Positions 59,633 through 64,000 of a DNA stretch of 64,000 bases are shown piece by piece. This DNA is from Thermodesulfovibrionales bacterium. Its GTDB lineage: Bacteria; Nitrospirota; Thermodesulfovibrionia; Thermodesulfovibrionales; SM23-35. Where the stretch lies: positions 96,001 to 160,000 of the forward strand of contig CAVQRT010000002.1 of the NCBI GenBank assembly GCA_963715195.1, in the 5' to 3' direction. The position numbers and the translations under genes are program-made. The stretch's first letter is position 1, and each line of letters begins with the position of its first letter. The notes under the pieces were generated by a model that was not told the origin of the DNA, searched no databases, and worked only from the letters and a program-made list of their open reading frames with translations.

Positions 59633-60728
59633 TGTTCCCCTTGTTCGCGATCCGGTATTTCTTCTTTTTCCCTTTATACTTGGTCAGAACCTTTGCCCTA
59701 TTTTTTTTCTTTCCCACGACGGTCTTCTTCCCTGTCTTGTCTGCTGCGAGGGTGGAACCCCTGCTTGTTCGCTTGATCTTCTTTGCTATCCGTTTGCTTG
59801 TCTTCTTCGCCGGAGATTCCAAAGACACCGCCTCATTTGTCTTAGCGAGATAAATAACCGGAGATCCTCCATTGCTCAGGACGTCGAAACCCCTTCCAAG
59901 AAGAAGCCCTGATTCCCTCCAGAGATCATCCCTGCTTGGACTCCCAAGAAGAGCTACCACAACAGTGTCATGTTCCCGCTCAGCGACACCGACGAAACAA
60001 TGCCTGGCTTTCCGGGTATAACCCGTCTTCCCGGCCATCAAACCCTCCTCTGACCATAAAAGCCTGTTTGTATTCCGCAGGAATATCGACCGCCCTTTTC
60101 CCGTTGAAATCTCTGCCACCCGTGTGTTGATAATCTGTTGCAATTTCGGATAACGAAGGGCATACTGCATAATCCTTGACAGGTCAGATGCAGTAATATA
60201 TTGTCCCCGACCGGGAAGCCCATGTGGATTTATGAAATGCGTGTTCTGTGCGCCAATCAGCAAAACCTTTTTGTTCATGAGACCTACAAACCTCTCTTCG
60301 GAACCGGCTACAGCCTCTGCGAGAGCAACAGCTGCATCATTCGCAGAACCGAGCAATGCTGCATACAGGAGATCTTCAACGGTTATCCGTTCGCCCGCTT
60401 TGAAGCCGGCCTTGTGCGGGGAGACTGATGACGCCTTTTTGCTGACGGTCACAACAGCATCGAGGTTCAAATTTTCCACCGCCAGGATAGCTGTCATCAG
60501 TTTTGTTGTGCTTGCCGGCGGACATCTCAAATCCGGATTTTTTGCGTAGAGAAGGTTTCCTGTCGAAGCATCGATCACTGCAGCGGCCCTGGAACTAACA
60601 GTATCAGCCCGGGAAAAAGTAGGCAGGAGACAGCAGACAGCAAACAGTACGAAAGAAATAAAGAGATTGCATTTCTGTATTTTTTCCTGTTTCCTGTCAA
60701 CTTTATTCTGTCTACTGGTCATAGTCAC
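59613..60728 (-). CDS. D-alanyl-D-alanine carboxypeptidase/endopeptidase (S11) with Lys-rich tail
   Basis: PASTTK (SxxK), SAN (SxN), KTG; signal peptide. Confidence 0.92.
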   Translation of the reverse strand: MTMTSRQNKVDRKQEKIQKCNLFISFVLFAVCCLLPTFSRADTVSSRAAAVIDASTGNLLYAKNPDLRCPPASTTKLMTAILAVENLNLDAVVTVSKKASSVSPHKAGFKAGERITVEDLLYAALLGSANDAAVALAEAVAGSEERFVGLMNKKVLLIGAQNTHFINPHGLPGRGQYITASDLSRIMQYALRYPKLQQIINTRVAEISTGKGRSIFLRNTNRLLWSEEGLMAGKTGYTRKARHCFVGVAEREHDTVVVALLGSPSRDDLWRESGLLLGRGFDVLSNGGSPVIYLAKTNEAVSLESPAKKTSKRIAKKIKRTSRGSTLAADKTGKKTVVGKKKNRAKVLTKYKGKKKKYRIANKGNIDNNKG

Positions 60729-61807
60729 CTCACTTTCAGAGTTGCCAAGCTTAACAAAGCAAGCACAATGCCGATTATCCAGAATCTGACAATCACTTTT
60801 GGCTCAGGCCATCCTTTCAATTCAAAATGGTGATGTATGGGAGCCATCCTGAATACCCTCTTGCCTGTCATCCTGAATGATGCCACCTGCATGATGACCG
60901 AAATCGTCTCGATAACAAAAATGCCGCCCACCACAGCGAGCACGATCTCATGCTTTGTAATGACGGCAAGGGTACCAAGTGTCCCCCCGAGTCCAAGAGA
61001 ACCCACATCTCCCATAAAAACATCAGCCGGATACGAGTTGAACCAAAGGAATCCGAGTGCGGCACCAAACATCGCACCGCAGAACACAGTGAGTTCACCG
61101 GTGCCGGGCAGGAACAGAACCTGCAGGTACTGAGCCAATCCCTTGTGTCCCGATATGTAAACGAGGGCACCGTTGGCCAATACGGCAACTGCAACGAGCC
61201 CGATTGCAAGTCCATCGATTCCATCGGTTAGGTTGACGGCATTCGACGAACCAACGATAACCAATACGGAAAATGGTATGTAAACGAGCCCGAGATCAAT
61301 AAGCCATTTTTTGAAAAAGGGGATACTCAGCACATCCACGTAGGGATCCCGCGGATTTACATAGAGGAAAATCCCGATAAGAAAAGCAAGGATTATCTGC
61401 ATGCCGAATTTCTGGTATGCCCTGAGTCCCCGGTGATTTCGCTGTGCAATCTTCAAATAGTCATCAAGGAGGCCGATACCGCCAAATCCGACAAGAGAAA
61501 CAATAAGTGCCCAAATATACATATTCCTGAGGTCTCCCCACATCAGAATCGCAATCAGGATGCAGAGGATAATAAGAATCCCGCCCATTGTCGGTGTTCC
61601 TGCCTTTCCCATATGCGCCTTTGGCCCGTCTTCCCGTATCTGCTGTGTTACGCTTAACCGCCTGAGTTTGCGGATAATCCACGGTCCCAGTATCATCGAG
61701 AAAAACATTGCCGTCAGCACAGCAAGTGATGTTCTGAAAGTTATATACCGAAAAACATTCAGGGCAGAGAACCAGTCTTGCAAACCATAGAGAAGACTGT
61801 ATAACAC
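60725..61807 (-). CDS. mraY: Phospho-N-acetylmuramoyl-pentapeptide transferase
   Basis: KAGTPTMGG, NAVNLTDGIDG, FMGDVG, APIHHHFE. Confidence 0.97.
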   Translation of the reverse strand: MLYSLLYGLQDWFSALNVFRYITFRTSLAVLTAMFFSMILGPWIIRKLRRLSVTQQIREDGPKAHMGKAGTPTMGGILIILCILIAILMWGDLRNMYIWALIVSLVGFGGIGLLDDYLKIAQRNHRGLRAYQKFGMQIILAFLIGIFLYVNPRDPYVDVLSIPFFKKWLIDLGLVYIPFSVLVIVGSSNAVNLTDGIDGLAIGLVAVAVLANGALVYISGHKGLAQYLQVLFLPGTGELTVFCGAMFGAALGFLWFNSYPADVFMGDVGSLGLGGTLGTLAVITKHEIVLAVVGGIFVIETISVIMQVASFRMTGKRVFRMAPIHHHFELKGWPEPKVIVRFWIIGIVLALLSLATLKVR

Positions 61808-63144
61808 TAAGCCTCCAGGACCGTTTCCATACGCATTCCCCTCGATCCTTTTATCAGCACCGTGTCGCCCGTTTCCCAAATATTCCTGAGGAGCTTCCCT
61901 GCCTCTTCAGCGCTGCCCGGTTGATACACACTGCCGTCAAATTCAGATGCGGCAAACGCCATACGGGGTCCCACAGCGATGAAAATATCAATGGAAAGTT
62001 CCGACATGAATCTGCCGAGTTCCCGATGCGCTTCCTCTTCGTAGGGGCCGAGTTCAAGCATATCACCCAGTACGGCGATTGATCTTCTTTTGCTGATGCG
62101 GGCCAACTCCCCGAGCGCTGCATGCGTTGACGCCGGATTGGCATTATACATGTCGCTGATAATTGTTATCCCATTGACTTCCCGGAACTCCATTCTCATG
62201 GGAACTCCGTTAAAGGATTCGACAGCATTTTTTATATGCACAGGTTCAATATGGAAAAGATATCCGATCGATGCTGCTGCAAGAATATTGTAAATATTGA
62301 ACACACCTGCTATGTGCGAGTTTACCGCTACAGACTGACGTTCACCAAAGTGTATGAGAAAGGAAGACCCCTGTTCGTGGAGTGCAATATCCGTTGCCTG
62401 GATGTCTGCGGGAGTCTCTATGCCGTATCTCAATATGGATCCTGTAAATCCCGATTCCCGAACGCCTTCCATGAGAAAATGGTCGTCTGCATTCACCGCC
62501 GCAACGCTCACCGCCTCAAGAAGCTCGAGCTTGGTCTTCCTGACGGTATACATGTCTTTGAATCCTTCAAGGTGGGCGCTGCTGATATTGGTAAGAATTC
62601 CGTAATCAGGAGCCGCTACAGCGCAGAGTGCCCTGATTTGTCCGGGAGCGCTTGCACCCATTTCAAGAACGACGATCTGATCGTCAGCGCCGATCTTTGT
62701 GAGAGTGAGAGGAAGTCCGATCTCGTTATTCAGATTGCCGGTATTCTTGAGAATCCGGTACTGCGTGCCGAGGATGGAAGCGATCAGTTCTTTCGTCGTT
62801 GTCTTGCCGTTTGATCCTGTCACCGCGACAACCGGGATATCATTCTTCAACCGGCAGGAGCGTGCGACATCCTGAAGGGCCTGTAAGGTATTCCGGACCA
62901 GTATGATGGTCTTGCCTGCAACCGGTGCTGTTGCCGGTTTATGAACCACTGCACCGCTTCCGGTTTTCAGTGCTTGGTCAACAAAATCATGGCCGTCAAA
63001 ACGTTCGCCTTTCAGTGCTATGAACAATTCACCATTCTGTATTGTCCGTGAATCGGTACAGATGCCGGAGAAATATTCGGCATCTCCGCAAAGAATCTCA
63101 CCTCCTGCAACCGCAAGAATGTCCTCGATGGTTAGAACTGCCAT
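61807..63144 (-). CDS. murF: UDP-MurNAc-tripeptide-D-Ala-D-Ala ligase
   Basis: TDSRT, TGSNGKTTTKE, NNEIG, YNANP, KGSRG. Confidence 0.96.
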   Translation of the reverse strand: MAVLTIEDILAVAGGEILCGDAEYFSGICTDSRTIQNGELFIALKGERFDGHDFVDQALKTGSGAVVHKPATAPVAGKTIILVRNTLQALQDVARSCRLKNDIPVVAVTGSNGKTTTKELIASILGTQYRILKNTGNLNNEIGLPLTLTKIGADDQIVVLEMGASAPGQIRALCAVAAPDYGILTNISSAHLEGFKDMYTVRKTKLELLEAVSVAAVNADDHFLMEGVRESGFTGSILRYGIETPADIQATDIALHEQGSSFLIHFGERQSVAVNSHIAGVFNIYNILAAASIGYLFHIEPVHIKNAVESFNGVPMRMEFREVNGITIISDMYNANPASTHAALGELARISKRRSIAVLGDMLELGPYEEEAHRELGRFMSELSIDIFIAVGPRMAFAASEFDGSVYQPGSAEEAGKLLRNIWETGDTVLIKGSRGMRMETVLEA

Positions 63145-63173
63145 ATCCTCTCTTTCACGACACACGGCATTGT

Positions 63174-64000
63174 TCATTCGCTATCATTCATTCTGCGTTT
63201 CCTGTTTATCGCTTCAAGAAGGATTTCCCTGTCGCTGAATGGATACCTGATTCCCTGTATCTCCTGATAATCTTCATGACCTTTGCCTGCAACAAGCACA
63301 ACATCACCGTCTTCTGCCAGATGAACTGCTTTTTGAATCGCATTCCTCCTGTCAGGCTCGATAAGATAATTTTTTTTACCTGTCCCCTGCTCGATCTGGG
63401 CAATGATTTCCGAAGGGTCTTCTGATCTGGGGTTATCAGAGGTTATGATTACGAGATCGCTCAGTTTTGTTGAGACAGCTCCCATCTTCGGTCTCTTGCC
63501 TTTGTCCCGGTCACCTCCGCATCCAAAAACGGTTATTATCCGCCGCTGCGCTGTTGGTAACCTTCTTTTCCCGGAAGAACGAATAGATGAGATAAGTCTT
63601 CTTGCGGTCAGGATCAGCCTTTCGAGCGCATCCTCTGTATGTGCATAATCAAGAATGCAGAGAAATCCCTGGCCGGCGTCGACATTCTGGAATCTTCCCG
63701 AAACAATCTGTATTTGCCTGATCCCCTGCAGAATCGTGTGCCACGGTACCCCCAGCGAGACGGCGGCTGCGGCTGCGGAAATAATATTGGAGACATTCGG
63801 CAGACCGAGAAGCGGAGAGGAAACCTCGTACCTGCTGTCCCTGAATGATATGGCACATTGTATTCCCCTGAATGACACCTCTACATCGTGCGCGACCATG
63901 TCAGCGCCCTTTTCAAGGCTACAGGTTACTATCCTGCGTTCAGGAGAAAGCGTTCTGAGTTGATCAGCCAATCGTTTTCCATACGCATCATCGATATTGA
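63174..64000 (-). CDS. murE: UDP-MurNAc-dipeptide-DAP ligase, 5'-truncated by window edge
   Basis: DYAHT, FGCGGDRD, DNPR (mDAP type), AGKGHE. Confidence 0.95.
   Translation of the reverse strand, partial: NIDDAYGKRLADQLRTLSPERRIVTCSLEKGADMVAHDVEVSFRGIQCAISFRDSRYEVSSPLLGLPNVSNIISAAAAAVSLGVPWHTILQGIRQIQIVSGRFQNVDAGQGFLCILDYAHTEDALERLILTARRLISSIRSSGKRRLPTAQRRIITVFGCGGDRDKGKRPKMGAVSTKLSDLVIITSDNPRSEDPSEIIAQIEQGTGKKNYLIEPDRRNAIQKAVHLAEDGDVVLVAGKGHEDYQEIQGIRYPFSDREILLEAINRKRRMNDSE

Noticed and set aside
54765..63600. Short apparent inserts in MurC, MurD and MurE (also BioD, TruB) as further repeat insertions
   Set aside because: Suggestive but too degenerate to assign to a repeat family without ortholog alignments.
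1935..63963. Many antisense and overlapping ORFs in the track (e.g. 4896-5522, 22439-23236, 42878-43582)
   Set aside because: They shadow well-supported genes and lack recognisable motifs.

Overview
Bacterial chromosomal window. Gene content and order suggest Nitrospirota (Thermodesulfovibrionia-like) or a related deltaproteobacterial-type lineage; this is an inference. The housekeeping blocks are bioF-bioD, lysA-dapF-dapA, aconitase, tRNA-Lys/Glu, rluB-aspS, aroC, tRNA-Ser/Arg-truB, lptCAB-rpoN-hpf-rapZ and the dcw cluster (murE to ftsZ). They flank a ~23 kb co-oriented surface/secretion region: pilMNOPQ, two lipoproteins (one Ig-like), subtilase B, gspC-N (no gspO), subtilase A, and a convergent CPBP intramembrane protease. 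The best candidate for an undescribed system is in this region. The GspD secretin ends in a ~77 aa domain clearly homologous to the prodomains of the two flanking subtilases. Both subtilases carry an N-terminal lipobox plus a shared C-terminal Gly-rich Cys-TM-basic sorting tag, and a myxosortase-like CPBP enzyme sits next door. The window also has several families of short palindromic and tandem repeats that sit in frame in housekeeping enzymes (DapF, AroC) and in cleavable leader peptides. Several genes look leaderless. More than ten single-base frameshifts, all in poorly conserved segments, are probably long-read sequencing errors. No CRISPR array, rRNA or transposase was seen.
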